This document shows positions 19,538 to 30,353 of a stretch of DNA of 64,000 nucleotides, piece after piece. The stretch lies in assembly GCA_964646755.1 (NCBI GenBank), contig CAZYIE010000001.1:4160-68159 (forward strand). The letters run 5' to 3'. Position 1 is the first letter of the stretch, and the number at the start of each line of letters is the position of its first letter. This DNA comes from an uncultured Smithella sp. (lineage in GTDB: Bacteria > Desulfobacterota > Syntrophia > Syntrophales > Smithellaceae). A model generated the notes under the pieces. It was not told the origin of the DNA, did not search any database, and worked only from the letters and a program-made list of their open reading frames with translations. A program made the translations under genes and the position numbers.

Positions 19538-20371
19538 TTGAGAAATTTTCTTTATCTCATTTTACTGGTTATCTTGCTCTCCTTAACCGGATGTGCCACA
19601 ACTGACGATTTAAAAGCTATGCGCGCTGAATTAAATCAGGGTATGGAGGATAAACTGGCGGCTATTGATGCTAATGTGGCCGTTATGAAAAAAGAACTGG
19701 GAAAAAACTCCGAGGCTCTGGCGAGCACTAGAAAAGGGAGTGCCAATATAGGGGCGGATATTACAGAGTTGCGGGACAATCTTCAGCAGTTGCGTGGCCA
19801 GGTGGAAGCATTGAAAAAAGACATGACCCGCAGCATGAAAAAAGAAGAAGAGTACAAAGACAAATTGGAAAACGTACTCCTCAAAATCAATTTCATTGAA
19901 AACTTCCTGGAAATTGGCAAAAAGGATAGTTTAAGCGAGTCTGGAGATAAGGGAAAATCAGCAGGTAGCGCCGCCGTTAAAGATCCGGCAAAAAAGCAGG
20001 ACAAGGAAAATATGTATTCCACGTCCTATCAGCTTTTTAAAGAAGGCAGTTACGATAAAGCACGGACGGAATTTCAAAACTTTTTAGCCTTATATCCTGA
20101 TTCGGAGTATTCCGATAATGCTCAGTTCTGGATTGGCGAATGTTACTTTTTTGAAAAGAATTACGAGAAAGCAATTTTGGAGTACGAAAAGGTAACCAAG
20201 AATTTTCCGGGCGGCAATAAAGTTCCTTATGCTTTACTGAAACAAGGACTATCCTTTCTGAAGCTGAATGATAAAACCAGTGCCAAGTTGCTTTTGCAGC
20301 AGGTAATCAAGTCTTATCCGAACACCAATCAGGCACGCATGGCACGCACAAAGTTGCAGGAAATTAAGTGA
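19538..20371 (+). CDS. cpoB: Tol-Pal system protein CpoB/YbgF (coiled coil plus TPR)
   Basis: The C-terminus YPDSEYSDNAQFWIGECYF...YPNTNQA is typical of YbgF. TTG start after a GAGG RBS. It follows pal. Confidence 0.8.
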   Translation: MRNFLYLILLVILLSLTGCATTDDLKAMRAELNQGMEDKLAAIDANVAVMKKELGKNSEALASTRKGSANIGADITELRDNLQQLRGQVEALKKDMTRSMKKEEEYKDKLENVLLKINFIENFLEIGKKDSLSESGDKGKSAGSAAVKDPAKKQDKENMYSTSYQLFKEGSYDKARTEFQNFLALYPDSEYSDNAQFWIGECYFFEKNYEKAILEYEKVTKNFPGGNKVPYALLKQGLSFLKLNDKTSAKLLLQQVIKSYPNTNQARMARTKLQEIK

Positions 20372-20399
20372 TTTTGCGCAGCAAAAACAAAACAGAAAA

Positions 20400-20425
20400 G
20401 GGGGCTAATCCAGCCCCCTTTTTTT
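20400..20425 (+). terminator. Rho-independent terminator after cpoB
   Basis: GGGGGCT-aatcc-AGCCCCC followed by 7 T. Confidence 0.65.
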
Positions 20426-20478
20426 GATTGACTTATTCTAATTCTAAATCAAAGCGCCACCTTTGCTGTCGGCTTCCA

Positions 20479-22260
20479 TCAGCTCAGTTTTGTCGCCAGG
20501 TCTTCCAATTCATTCCAGCGTTTATAGGCACCGTCCAGCTCTGTATCCAGGCAAGCCAGTCTGTCACTGGCCTTTCTAATTTTTCCGGCATCGTTGTTTT
20601 TCGCATAGAATTCTGGTGAGTTCACAGTGGCGGTCAATTGCTGCTTTTCCTCTTCCAGTGTTTCTATTTTTTGCGGTAAATCCTGGAGCTCCCGCGTTTC
20701 TTTAAAAGAGAGTTTACGTTTCTGAGGCAGCAGTTTTTCTTTTTTGGTCTTTTCTTGCTTTACACTTTCCCCATCCGTCCGTGTCCGCACAATGCGCTGC
20801 CTCAGCCAGTCATCATAACCACCGACATACTCCTGCAGTTGCCCGTCACCTTCAAAGACAATGGTGGAAGTAACCACATTGTTGAGAAACGTACGGTCAT
20901 GGCTGACCAGCAGGATTGTGCCTTTATATTCCGAGAGCCGGTCTTCGAGTAATTCCAGTGTTTCGGCATCCAGGTCGTTGGTAGGTTCGTCCAGTACCAG
21001 CAAATTAGAAGGGATGCTGAAAAGTTTGGCCAGCAGCAATCGGTTACGTTCTCCGCCGGAAAGGGATTTTACTTTCGCCATGATCTGTGCCGGGGGAAAG
21101 AGGAAATCCTGGAGATAACCCACGATGTGACGGGGAAACCCGTCGATGAAGATTGTGTCGTTGCCGGAGGCTATATTATCCTTTAGTGTCTTGTTTTCGT
21201 CGAGTTGACCCCGAAGTTGATCAAAATAGGCAATTTGTATCCCCGTGCCCTGGCGGATGCGGCCCTGCTGTATAGCAAGCTCACCCAGCAGAATTTTAAG
21301 GAGAGTGGTTTTACCGGAGCCATTGGGTCCGATGATGCCCACTTTATCGCCGCGGACGATAACTGTTGAGAATTCTTTTATGATTTGTTTATTTTCGTAA
21401 GCGAAGCTGATATTTTCAGTCTCCACAACTATCTTCCCGCCTCTTTCGGCCTCCTGAATTGCCAAGCGCGCCAAGCCTGTCTGCGTCTGCCTGCGGGCAC
21501 GTTCCGCGCGCAGCTGCTTGAGAGCACGGACTCTGCCTTCGTTTCTGGTCCGTCGCGCCTTAACGCCCTGCCGGACCCAGATTTCCTCTTTGGCCAGCTT
21601 TTTATCAAATTCCTGCCACTGTTTTTCTTCCGCCTCCAGCATTGCCTGCCGGCGTTCTAAATAGGTGCGGTAATTGCAGGAAAAGGATATCAATTTTCCC
21701 CGGTCAATCTCCACAATGCGCAGGGCCAATCTTTGGAGAAACGTGCGGTCATGGGTTACAAAAATGATGGCTTTTCCATGGTTTTGTAGAAAATCCTCCA
21801 GCCAGAGGATGGCATTGATATCCAGATGGTTGGTAGGTTCATCAAGCAGGAGAAGGTCTGGTTCGCCTACCAGTGCCCGGGCCATAAAAACCCGGCGCTT
21901 CATTCCCGCAGATAAGTTCCGAAATTCGGCATTTTCATTAAGTCCGGTCCGGCTGATGATCCTTTCGACTTGCAGGTGGCAAAGCGAACCCCCTGCGGCT
22001 ACGATATCATAGACTGTGCCCGCTAGATCGTCTGGGACATCCTGTGGAAGCAGGCTTATGCGGACTTCATCGCCTTTAATTATCTGGCCTGCTTCCGGAA
22101 CTATATGGCCCGTGAGCATTTTCATCAAGGTGGACTTGCCAGAACCATTGCGGCCCAGAAGTCCTATTCTTTCGCCAGCCTCAATTTGGAGCGTGGCCGA
22201 AGCTAGCAGGAGCGGTCCACCGAAGCTTACCGAAACATTATTAATCCATATTAATCCCAT
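20479..22260 (-). CDS. uup: ABC-F family ATPase (Uup-like) with a C-terminal coiled coil
   Basis: Two ABC cassettes (GRNGSGKST and GPNGSGKTT, with LSGG signatures), no TM domain, and a charged C-terminal tail. Confidence 0.8.
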   Translation of the reverse strand: MGLIWINNVSVSFGGPLLLASATLQIEAGERIGLLGRNGSGKSTLMKMLTGHIVPEAGQIIKGDEVRISLLPQDVPDDLAGTVYDIVAAGGSLCHLQVERIISRTGLNENAEFRNLSAGMKRRVFMARALVGEPDLLLLDEPTNHLDINAILWLEDFLQNHGKAIIFVTHDRTFLQRLALRIVEIDRGKLISFSCNYRTYLERRQAMLEAEEKQWQEFDKKLAKEEIWVRQGVKARRTRNEGRVRALKQLRAERARRQTQTGLARLAIQEAERGGKIVVETENISFAYENKQIIKEFSTVIVRGDKVGIIGPNGSGKTTLLKILLGELAIQQGRIRQGTGIQIAYFDQLRGQLDENKTLKDNIASGNDTIFIDGFPRHIVGYLQDFLFPPAQIMAKVKSLSGGERNRLLLAKLFSIPSNLLVLDEPTNDLDAETLELLEDRLSEYKGTILLVSHDRTFLNNVVTSTIVFEGDGQLQEYVGGYDDWLRQRIVRTRTDGESVKQEKTKKEKLLPQKRKLSFKETRELQDLPQKIETLEEEKQQLTATVNSPEFYAKNNDAGKIRKASDRLACLDTELDGAYKRWNELEDLATKLS

Positions 22261-22351
22261 GATCTTTTACTCAATTTTTTGTTCTCCTTGCCATACAGAG
22301 CCAATTATTTGATTCCGGTACAGATACTATTTTCATGCAAAATGTGACTTA

Positions 22352-22588
22352 TCACATTTCTGGGCTAGGCGCATCATTCATCATTACATTGGCTTTGTTG
22401 ACGGTCAGGTGTGGAGTGTTTTTGTCGTAAGAAGCTAAACCAATTAAATATATTCCGATTTTTCGTTTCCCTTTTGTTTCCAGCCTTATATTTATCGTAT
22501 TACCAGCTTGATCATTTTCGAGAAATGTGGGTATAGAGCTCAGAAGAAGACTGTAAAACGAGATGTTCTTTTTGTCGGGCAAAATCAA
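22352..22588 (-). CDS. Hypothetical 78-aa protein (coding status uncertain)
   Basis: This is the only ORF in the uup/rplM intergenic region. No motif was recognised. Confidence 0.25.
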   Translation of the reverse strand: MILPDKKNISFYSLLLSSIPTFLENDQAGNTINIRLETKGKRKIGIYLIGLASYDKNTPHLTVNKANVMMNDAPSPEM

Positions 22589-22597
22589 ATATTTTGC

Positions 22598-22626
22598 TTG
22601 ACAAACAAAGCAAAGTTACATAACTT
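22598..22626 (+). promoter_or_regulatory. Putative sigma-70 promoter of rplM-rpsI
   Basis: TTGACA (22598-22603), a 17-nt spacer, then TAACTT (22621-22626), about 40 nt upstream of rplM. Confidence 0.35.
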
Positions 22627-22664
22627 GCGCCTTTAAATTTTTTATCACGTGGTGGTTTTAATTT

Positions 22665-23093
22665 ATGAAGACTTTTATGGCAAAAACTGAAGCACCGAAT
22701 AGCGAATGGTATATTGTGGACGCATCCGGTAAAGTATTAGGAAGATTAGCTGCGGAGATAGCGCACCGGCTGAGAGGTAAACATAAGGCGACTTACACTC
22801 CGCATGTCGATACCGGCGATTTTATTATTGTTGTTAATGCAGATAAAATTATCCTGACTGGTAAAAAGCTGACGGACAAGATTTATTATCATTATTCTGG
22901 TTATCCCGGTGGATTAAGAGAAACAAGTGCAGGAAAAATGCTGGCCGAGAAGCCGGAGAATTTAATTCGTATTGCAGTTGCGGGAATGTTACCCAAGACT
23001 AATCTGGGCAGGAAAATGTCGAGAAAACTGAAAGTTTATGCCGGGAATGCTCATCCGCATGAAGCGCAGTGCCCGCATATTCTTACAGTTTAA
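22665..23093 (+). CDS. rplM: 50S ribosomal protein L13
   Basis: [15 protein letters not shown]...[21 protein letters not shown] is a canonical L13 sequence. Confidence 0.95.
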   Translation: MKTFMAKTEAPNSEWYIVDASGKVLGRLAAEIAHRLRGKHKATYTPHVDTGDFIIVVNADKIILTGKKLTDKIYYHYSGYPGGLRETSAGKMLAEKPENLIRIAVAGMLPKTNLGRKMSRKLKVYAGNAHPHEAQCPHILTV

Positions 23094-23144
23094 TTTTCCG
23101 CTTAATATAAGATTTATTTGATACTTACTAATTTGGGAGAAGGT

Positions 23145-23543
23145 ATGACACAGACACAAGAACGTTATTACGCAACTGGCAAGAGAAAAAGTGCTATCGC
23201 TCGTGTTTATATGAAATCGGGTAGTGGCAATATAGTAGTCAATAAAAGAAGCTATGAAGAATATTTTACGCGCCCCAGCTTAAAAATGATCATTAGGCAG
23301 CCTTTCGAGATTACCGGAAAAAGCGGCCAGTTTGACTTATATGTTAATGTTAGTGGCGGAGGAGCAGCCGGTCAGGCTGGAGCAGTTAAACATGGAATTT
23401 CTAAAGCCCTTCTGGAATATGATGTTCAACTGCGCCCCGTTCTGAAGAAAGCTGGTTTTCTGACCAGAGATGCCCGGATTAAAGAAAGAAAGAAGTATGG
23501 ACAGCCTGGCGCAAGGAAAAGATTCCAATTCTCCAAGCGTTAA
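23145..23543 (+). CDS. rpsI: 30S ribosomal protein S9
   Basis: [14 protein letters not shown]...[11 protein letters not shown]. The ATG at 23145 after GGGAGAAGG is preferred over the TTG at 23118. Confidence 0.95.
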   Translation: MTQTQERYYATGKRKSAIARVYMKSGSGNIVVNKRSYEEYFTRPSLKMIIRQPFEITGKSGQFDLYVNVSGGGAAGQAGAVKHGISKALLEYDVQLRPVLKKAGFLTRDARIKERKKYGQPGARKRFQFSKR

Positions 23544-23555
23544 ATTTCACAAACA

Positions 23556-23582
23556 GGGGGGCTTCGAGCCTCCCTTTTTTTT
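23556..23582 (+). terminator. Rho-independent terminator after rpsI
   Basis: GGGGGGCT-tcg-AGCCTCCC (one G-U pair) followed by 8 T. Confidence 0.55.
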
Positions 23583-23591
23583 GGAGTTTTT

Positions 23592-24629
23592 ATGATCAAA
23601 ACAGCAATATTTGGAGCCAGTGGTTATACGGGGCAGGAGCTTACGCGAATTTTGTCAGTTCATCCGGAAGTGGATCTGGTTGCCGTTACGTCCCGGCGAT
23701 TTAATGGTCAACTGGTCTCTGATGTGTTCCCGTATCTTAGTGGCCTAACATCATTAAAATATCAAAATTCATCACCGTCCGATCTGGCTGAAATCTGTGA
23801 TGTTGTTTTTCTGGCCCTTCCTCACGGGATTTCGATGGAGATTGCTCCATTTTTTATTCAATCCGGTAAGAAGGTGATTGATCTTTCCGCTGATTATCGT
23901 TTGCGGGATATCAACACTTACGAAAAATGGTATGCACAACATACCAGCGCGGGATACTTGAAAGATGCTGTTTATGGCATTCCCGAACTCTACCGGCAGC
24001 AGATTAAGGATGCGTTGCTTGTTGCTAATCCGGGCTGCTATCCGACAAGTATTATTTTAGGACTGGCCCCGGCCTTGAAAAACCAGCTTTTAGATGTAAA
24101 TACGATCATTGCTGATTCCGCGTCCGGTGTCAGCGGGGCAGGAAGGGAACCGCAAACCGGTTCGCTGTTTTGTGAAGTTAATGGTGGATTTAAGGCTTAT
24201 AAAGTTGGGAATCATCGGCACACTCCGGAAATCGAGCAGGAATTGAACTCTTTATCCGGTGAAAAATTTGCTATTTCTTTTACGCCGCATTTACTGCCTG
24301 TCAAACGGGGTATTTTGAGTACAATTTATGCAAATTTAAAGAAAGAAGCGACTTCGCAGGAATTGCATTCTCTTTATTCATCCTTTTATGCCGAAGAGAA
24401 ATTTGTGCGGATTTGTCCTTCAGGACTATTTCCCAATATTTCTTCTGTTTGCGGCTCCAATTACTGTGATATCGGTCTGACTATTGATCTGCGGACAAAG
24501 AGGTTAATTATTGTCTCGGCGATTGACAATCTGGTTAAGGGTGCTGCGGGGCAAGCCGTGCAGAATATGAATATCCTTTGCAACTTCAAAGAAGATGAGG
24601 GGTTGCAGATGGCCCCGCTTTATCCTTAA
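23592..24629 (+). CDS. argC: N-acetyl-gamma-glutamyl-phosphate reductase
   Basis: IFGASGYTGQEL start and the active-site segment NPGCYPTS. Length is 345 aa. Confidence 0.9.
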   Translation: MIKTAIFGASGYTGQELTRILSVHPEVDLVAVTSRRFNGQLVSDVFPYLSGLTSLKYQNSSPSDLAEICDVVFLALPHGISMEIAPFFIQSGKKVIDLSADYRLRDINTYEKWYAQHTSAGYLKDAVYGIPELYRQQIKDALLVANPGCYPTSIILGLAPALKNQLLDVNTIIADSASGVSGAGREPQTGSLFCEVNGGFKAYKVGNHRHTPEIEQELNSLSGEKFAISFTPHLLPVKRGILSTIYANLKKEATSQELHSLYSSFYAEEKFVRICPSGLFPNISSVCGSNYCDIGLTIDLRTKRLIIVSAIDNLVKGAAGQAVQNMNILCNFKEDEGLQMAPLYP

Positions 24630-24654
24630 ATAATAAACTTATGATGAGATAACT

Positions 24655-26139
24655 ATGGCGATAAAAATATTTCACACAGCAACAAGAAAAAAAGAAGTCT
24701 TCTCGCCGGTACAAGTTGGGAAGGTTGGTATATACGTTTGCGGTATAACAGCTTACGATGTTTGCCATATAGGCCATGCCCGTGCCGCTGTCGTATTTGA
24801 CGTAGTCGTGCGACACCTGCGATCACGCGGCTATGCAGTCACATATGTCAAGAATTTTACCGATATCGATGATAAAATTATTGCCCGCGCTCAAAAAGAA
24901 GGAGTATCTTTTTCTGAAATAGCAGAACGTTTCATTGAATTGCATAATGAAGATATGGCTGCGCTGGGGGTAGAAACTCCAACGATAACTCCTAAAGCTA
25001 CCGAGCATATGGATGATATGATTAGTCTCATCAATGTTTTGATGGAAAAAGGTTCCGCCTATACCGTCGACGGCGATGTGTACTTTGCCGTCAGCAGCTT
25101 TAAGCAATACGGTGGACTTTCCGGTCGAATTCTGGATGAGATGCTTGCCGGTGCGCGAGTGGACATAAGCGACAAGAAAAGGAACCAGATGGATTTCGCC
25201 CTGTGGAAAGCAAGCAAAGAAGGCGAACCTTTTTGGGAGTCACCCTGGGGTAAAGGTCGGCCGGGCTGGCATATCGAATGCTCGGCAATGAGTCGGCGTT
25301 ATCTGGGAGAAACTTTTGATATTCATGGCGGTGGTGAGGATTTGATATTTCCGCATCATGAAAATGAAATTGCCCAGTCCCAGGCTGCATCCGGTAAACC
25401 TCTGGCCAATTACTGGATGCATAACGGCTTTGTTAAAGTAAATTCAGAAAAGATGTCCAAGTCGCTGGGCAATATCTTTCCGATCCGGGATATTCTGAAA
25501 AATTATCACCCAGAAGTTTTGCGACTTTTTATGTTGCAGAGCCATTACCGCAGTCCGGTTGATTATTCTACAGACTCGCTTAATGAAGCCAGGGCGGGGC
25601 TGATCAGGTGCTACACTACACTGCAACAGTTAAAGGAAATTACGGGAACGTCAGCCAATGATGCAATGATGCCGGCCAATGATAAGTCGCTTAACAAACA
25701 GAAAGATTACATTAACAGATTAAATGAATTATCGGAGAAATTTGATGCGGCGCTGGATGATGATTTCAACACAGCACAAGGCTTAGGTTATGTTTTTGAT
25801 GTAGTTCGCCTTATTAACAATTTTGCTACTGCGGAAAGAAATATAATGGCGGCAAGCAAATCCGCCGTTTTGCAGGAAGCTAAGAAAGCCTTCGAACATT
25901 TTGGTTTGGTTCTGGGTATTTTTCATGATGACCCTGATCATTTCTTTCTCGCTGACAAAGAGATGGAATCTCGTAAGAGGGGTCTGGATATAATGGAGAT
26001 CGAAAACTTAATTAAGAGCAGACAGGAAGCGAGAATTGCTCAAGACTGGGCCCGTGCCGATGAAATCCGCAGCAAACTCGCGAGTCTTCATGTTGTGCTC
26101 AAGGATTCCAAAGATAGTACCACCTGGTCTATAGAATAA
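24655..26139 (+). CDS. cysS: Cysteine--tRNA ligase
   Basis: HIGHAR (HIGH) and KMSKS motifs, plus WHIECSAM. Confidence 0.95.
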   Translation: MAIKIFHTATRKKEVFSPVQVGKVGIYVCGITAYDVCHIGHARAAVVFDVVVRHLRSRGYAVTYVKNFTDIDDKIIARAQKEGVSFSEIAERFIELHNEDMAALGVETPTITPKATEHMDDMISLINVLMEKGSAYTVDGDVYFAVSSFKQYGGLSGRILDEMLAGARVDISDKKRNQMDFALWKASKEGEPFWESPWGKGRPGWHIECSAMSRRYLGETFDIHGGGEDLIFPHHENEIAQSQAASGKPLANYWMHNGFVKVNSEKMSKSLGNIFPIRDILKNYHPEVLRLFMLQSHYRSPVDYSTDSLNEARAGLIRCYTTLQQLKEITGTSANDAMMPANDKSLNKQKDYINRLNELSEKFDAALDDDFNTAQGLGYVFDVVRLINNFATAERNIMAASKSAVLQEAKKAFEHFGLVLGIFHDDPDHFFLADKEMESRKRGLDIMEIENLIKSRQEARIAQDWARADEIRSKLASLHVVLKDSKDSTTWSIE

Positions 26140-26271
26140 CTACAATCTATTTATCAACAAAATCTTATTTATAAACACTTTTATCTTATTAAAATCTCCA
26201 ATATATATGGAAAATATCAGGAAAGATGATATAACTGCACTAATTCTATTTTCGGTTTTGTGAGGATTGCC

Positions 26272-27588
26272 ATGAAAAAAATATTCAATAAGTGGTCTTT
26301 TTTGATTCTTGTTCTCGTGGGAGGCTTTGTGCTTTTCGTGCCCTATACCGATAGCAGAATGTCTGCTCTGGATAAGGGGATATATAAGGATATTAAAACA
26401 TTCAACGAAGTTTTGGATCTGGTGAAGAAGAACTACGTTGATGAAGTGGAGTCACAAGCTTTAATCCAGGGTGCCATCAATGGCATGATTAAAACACTTG
26501 ATCCCCACAGTGCATTTATGAATGCCGATATGTACAAAGAACTGGAGGTGGAAACTCAAGGACAGTTTGGCGGAATCGGCATTGAAATTACCTTAGTGAA
26601 AGATGTTTTGACAGTCGTATCGCCTATTGAAGATACGCCTGCCTATAATGCCGGCGTGAAATCAGGTGATCAGATCATAAAAATTGACGGCAAGTCCACC
26701 AAAGATATTACGATTATGGAAGCCGTCCAAAAAATGCGCGGACCCAAAGATACCAAAGTAACGATTACTATTCTGAGGGAAAACGTGGACAAACCAAAGG
26801 ACTTCGTGCTGACACGCGCCATCATACAAATCAAGAGCGTCAAAGCTAAAACATTTGAAGACAATATCGGATACATCAGGATAGCTTCTTTCCATGAAAG
26901 AACAGCGGATGATTTGCGCAAAGCGTTGAAAGAAGTTTCAGGCAAGTTGCATCCCATGAAAGGACTAGTTTTAGATTTAAGAAATGATCCCGGCGGTTTG
27001 TTGATGCAGGCAATAGAAGTTTCCGATATGTTTCTTAAGTCGGGAGTGATTGTTTCTACCCGCGGTCGAACAAAGAACATGGAATCAAAAGTATATGCCA
27101 AGGACAATGGCTCGGAAATAACCTGTCCGATTGTCGTACTGGTTAACGAAGGTACGGCCAGTGCCGCAGAAATTGTTGCCGGGGCACTACAGGACAACGG
27201 CCGCGCTCTTATTACCGGTACACAAACATTTGGCAAGGCATCGGTCCAGACAATAATTCCGCTGGAAAATGGTTCGGCGTTAAAGCTTACTACGGCCCGT
27301 TATTATACTCCCAAAGGACGTTCCATCCAAGCAGAAGGGATCAAACCGGATATTGTTGTTAAACATGTGAAACGGACGGAAGATAATGAAAATGGATGGG
27401 ATGACCGCATCAGGGAAAAAGATCTGAAAGGGCATATTAAGCCCGCTAAAGAAGATGGCACCAAGCTTGATGAAGTGCGAGTTAAAGAAATAAAGGATTC
27501 TGTTGATTTAACAAAGGATAATCAGCTAAAAACGGCAATTGATATTTTGAAGAGCTGGGATATCATGAGAAAAAATTTAACCAACTAA
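26272..27588 (+). CDS. ctpA: S41-family carboxy-terminal processing peptidase
   Basis: A PDZ domain plus the S41 core (DLRNDPGGLL, NEGTASAAEI). The ATG at 26272 follows a GAGG RBS. Confidence 0.85.
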   Translation: MKKIFNKWSFLILVLVGGFVLFVPYTDSRMSALDKGIYKDIKTFNEVLDLVKKNYVDEVESQALIQGAINGMIKTLDPHSAFMNADMYKELEVETQGQFGGIGIEITLVKDVLTVVSPIEDTPAYNAGVKSGDQIIKIDGKSTKDITIMEAVQKMRGPKDTKVTITILRENVDKPKDFVLTRAIIQIKSVKAKTFEDNIGYIRIASFHERTADDLRKALKEVSGKLHPMKGLVLDLRNDPGGLLMQAIEVSDMFLKSGVIVSTRGRTKNMESKVYAKDNGSEITCPIVVLVNEGTASAAEIVAGALQDNGRALITGTQTFGKASVQTIIPLENGSALKLTTARYYTPKGRSIQAEGIKPDIVVKHVKRTEDNENGWDDRIREKDLKGHIKPAKEDGTKLDEVRVKEIKDSVDLTKDNQLKTAIDILKSWDIMRKNLTN

Positions 27589-27621
27589 TTTTCAACTAAA
27601 AGAGCTGTCGAAGATTAATCT

Positions 27622-28566
27622 ATGAAGCTATTGAAACGTCTCTTGACGGGACTGCTGATATTTTTGATAATTCTTTCCATCGTTGCAATAATTTATATCT
27701 TGCAATGGAAAGAAGAGCCAGTCGGAATAAAACTGCCGCCGAAGGAAGCAAAACAGGCCGAACAGTTGAGGATTGGATTGCCCCAAGTGCAGAAGGAAAC
27801 ACCGGTAAAAGAAACCCCGATTGTCCCCCGAAAAGAGCCCCAGAAGGAAAAAGAAAAGATAGTGATCTCGAAGATCGGGAAAACTCCGCTGCCATTACGT
27901 CAGGTGGCGATAATTATCGATGACATAGGCCATGATCTGGGGCCGGTAAAAGAACTCTTGAAAATTAATGCCGAGATAACTTTTGCGATCCTGCCTCTTT
28001 GCAGTCATACGCGTGACGCTGCAGAAGCAGTGCATGCTGCTCACCGGGAGATCCTTTTGCATATACCTATGGAACCGGCGTCCTATCCTCGGGAGAAGCC
28101 AGGGAAAGGTGCTCTCTTTACCGATATGAACGAAAATGAACTTTTATTCCAGCTGGATAAAAATCTGGCTGCGGTACCCTACATTTCCGGTGTTAATAAC
28201 CATATGGGCTCAAAGTTCATGGCTGATGAAGAGAAACTGAAATTTATTTTTGACCGTTTAAAGGCAAAAAATTTATTTTTTATTGATTCGCGTACAACAC
28301 CCGATTCGAAAGCTCTAACCGCTGCTGAAAAATCAGGCTTGCCTATGGCTGCGCGCAAAATATTTCTGGATAACAATCGCGACTATAAGGCGATTTACAA
28401 AATATTAGCCGGAGTTGCCCGGGATACGGAAGCCGGAGATGTTTCGCCCATTATCATTATTGGTCATCCCCACCCGGAAACTATCAGAGCAATAAAGGAT
28501 GCGACTAAAATATTACGGGAAAAAGGGGCTGTCATTGTTCCAGTCTCTGAATTGATAAAAAGATAA
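27622..28566 (+). CDS. Divergent polysaccharide deacetylase family protein (YibQ-like)
   Basis: VAIIIDDIGHD, HIPMEP and GVNNHMGS motifs, with an N-terminal TM segment. Confidence 0.75.
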   Translation: MKLLKRLLTGLLIFLIILSIVAIIYILQWKEEPVGIKLPPKEAKQAEQLRIGLPQVQKETPVKETPIVPRKEPQKEKEKIVISKIGKTPLPLRQVAIIIDDIGHDLGPVKELLKINAEITFAILPLCSHTRDAAEAVHAAHREILLHIPMEPASYPREKPGKGALFTDMNENELLFQLDKNLAAVPYISGVNNHMGSKFMADEEKLKFIFDRLKAKNLFFIDSRTTPDSKALTAAEKSGLPMAARKIFLDNNRDYKAIYKILAGVARDTEAGDVSPIIIIGHPHPETIRAIKDATKILREKGAVIVPVSELIKR

Positions 28567-28639
28567 AGCGCACTAGGGTTATTCATGATTATATTTCGCG
28601 GTCAAAGCATATTAAAGCCCTAAGAGAAGAATATTCTAT

Positions 28640-30328
28640 ATGCAAAAAAAACATAAATATCTGATGTTGCTGTTGGGACTGACAATTCTGAATATCAGTG
28701 GTTGTTGCTTTAATCCTTCGGCAATTTATGTGGATAATAGTTCGGTGTCGGCAACATATCATTATTCACTGGGCGTTCTTTTGCGGCTTGATGGTCAGAT
28801 CAACGAAGCTACAGTTGAATTGGAAAAAGCAATTGCCGCCGATCCCGGTTCACCTTACCTGAAAACAGAACTGGTTTCTCTTTATGCTGAAAAGGGTGAT
28901 CACCCCAAGGCTGTAAATCTTGGCGAGGAAATACTTTCCCTATATCCGGACAATAGCGAGCTGCGCCTGACGATGGGTGGTTTGTACCTGACCGTTCGTG
29001 AATACCAAAAGGCTGCTAAAGAATACAAAAAGGTAATAGAACTGGAGCCCAAAAGTTTGATCGCCCACCTTTACTTGGCTACAATTTATGCAGAAGAAAA
29101 GAAATATGATGACGCTGAAGAAATATTTGCGAAATTGTTGAAAATAGATCCCGATAATGTAATGGGAATATATTATTTTGGTAAACTGTTGTCGGAGATG
29201 AAGCGATTTGATGAGGCTGTCTCGATGTATCAAAGAGTCATTTCCATCCGGCCTAATTTCGAATCAGCAGTTTTCGATTTAGCGTCTCTTTATGAGAAAC
29301 AAAAGAAAATAGATAAAGCCATTGAAGTTTATCGCAACTACATTGAAATAAATCCCGCCCGAATAAATTTACGCGTGAAAATAGGAGATCTTCTGATTAA
29401 AGAGAAGAAATATGAAGAGGCGCAAAAAGAATTCCAGGAACTTTTGAAATCTGACCCCGGTAACAGCGAAGTTAGAATTGCCCTGGGACTTTTATACTAT
29501 GAGATGCGGCGTTTCGATTTGGCGTCTCCGGAATTTTTGCAGGTGCTGGAGAAAAATGCCGGCGATGACAGAACCCGTTATTTGTTGGCCAATGCCTATG
29601 AAGAAAACAATGAAAACAAATCAGCGCAGTCCGAATATCAAAAAATATCTTTTACATCCGAATTATACACCAATGCCAGAATTCATGTGGCTATGATTTT
29701 GAAGAAAGAAGGCAAGCTGCCTGAGGCAATTCAATCTCTTAAAGAATCCATTATTAAGAAAAAAGGCCAGGTGCCGCTTTATCTTTATTTATCTTCCCTT
29801 TATGAAGAAAATAAAGATTTGCCCAGCGCTGAAAATATTTTAAAAGAAGGTATAAAAAATTTACCGGCGAATATCGATTTACATTATAGTCTGGGTGTTA
29901 TTTATGAAAAAACAAATCGTTTCCCCGAAAGCATCAAAGAAATGGAAACAGTTTTAAGTATGGATCCGGACAATGCGGAAGCGCTCAATTTTATTGGTTA
30001 CAGTTATGCAGATCGCGGTCTTAACCTGGATGAGGCCGAAAAAATGATTATTAAAGCTCTGAAAATCAAGCCGGACAATGGTTATATGATTGATAGTCTC
30101 GGGTGGGTACAGTTTAAACAAGGGAAATTAGACAGTGCGCTGGATAATGTAAAAAAGGCAATGGAAATAATGCCTGCCGATGCAGCCATTATTGAACACT
30201 TAGGTGATATCTATCTGAAACTGGGCAGATGGAAACAGGCACGGGAAATGTACGAAAAAGCGTTGAAAGTTGATCCGAAAAATAAATCGCTGCAAAATAA
30301 ACTGAAAGATTTGTTAAAGAAAAAATAA
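28640..30328 (+). CDS. TPR-repeat lipoprotein
   Basis: A signal/lipobox-like NISGC and many 34-aa TPR units (A..Y.KA....P). Length is 562 aa. Confidence 0.75.
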   Translation: MQKKHKYLMLLLGLTILNISGCCFNPSAIYVDNSSVSATYHYSLGVLLRLDGQINEATVELEKAIAADPGSPYLKTELVSLYAEKGDHPKAVNLGEEILSLYPDNSELRLTMGGLYLTVREYQKAAKEYKKVIELEPKSLIAHLYLATIYAEEKKYDDAEEIFAKLLKIDPDNVMGIYYFGKLLSEMKRFDEAVSMYQRVISIRPNFESAVFDLASLYEKQKKIDKAIEVYRNYIEINPARINLRVKIGDLLIKEKKYEEAQKEFQELLKSDPGNSEVRIALGLLYYEMRRFDLASPEFLQVLEKNAGDDRTRYLLANAYEENNENKSAQSEYQKISFTSELYTNARIHVAMILKKEGKLPEAIQSLKESIIKKKGQVPLYLYLSSLYEENKDLPSAENILKEGIKNLPANIDLHYSLGVIYEKTNRFPESIKEMETVLSMDPDNAEALNFIGYSYADRGLNLDEAEKMIIKALKIKPDNGYMIDSLGWVQFKQGKLDSALDNVKKAMEIMPADAAIIEHLGDIYLKLGRWKQAREMYEKALKVDPKNKSLQNKLKDLLKKK

Positions 30329-30353
30329 GCGAATTGTTTTGTGGGAAAAATAA

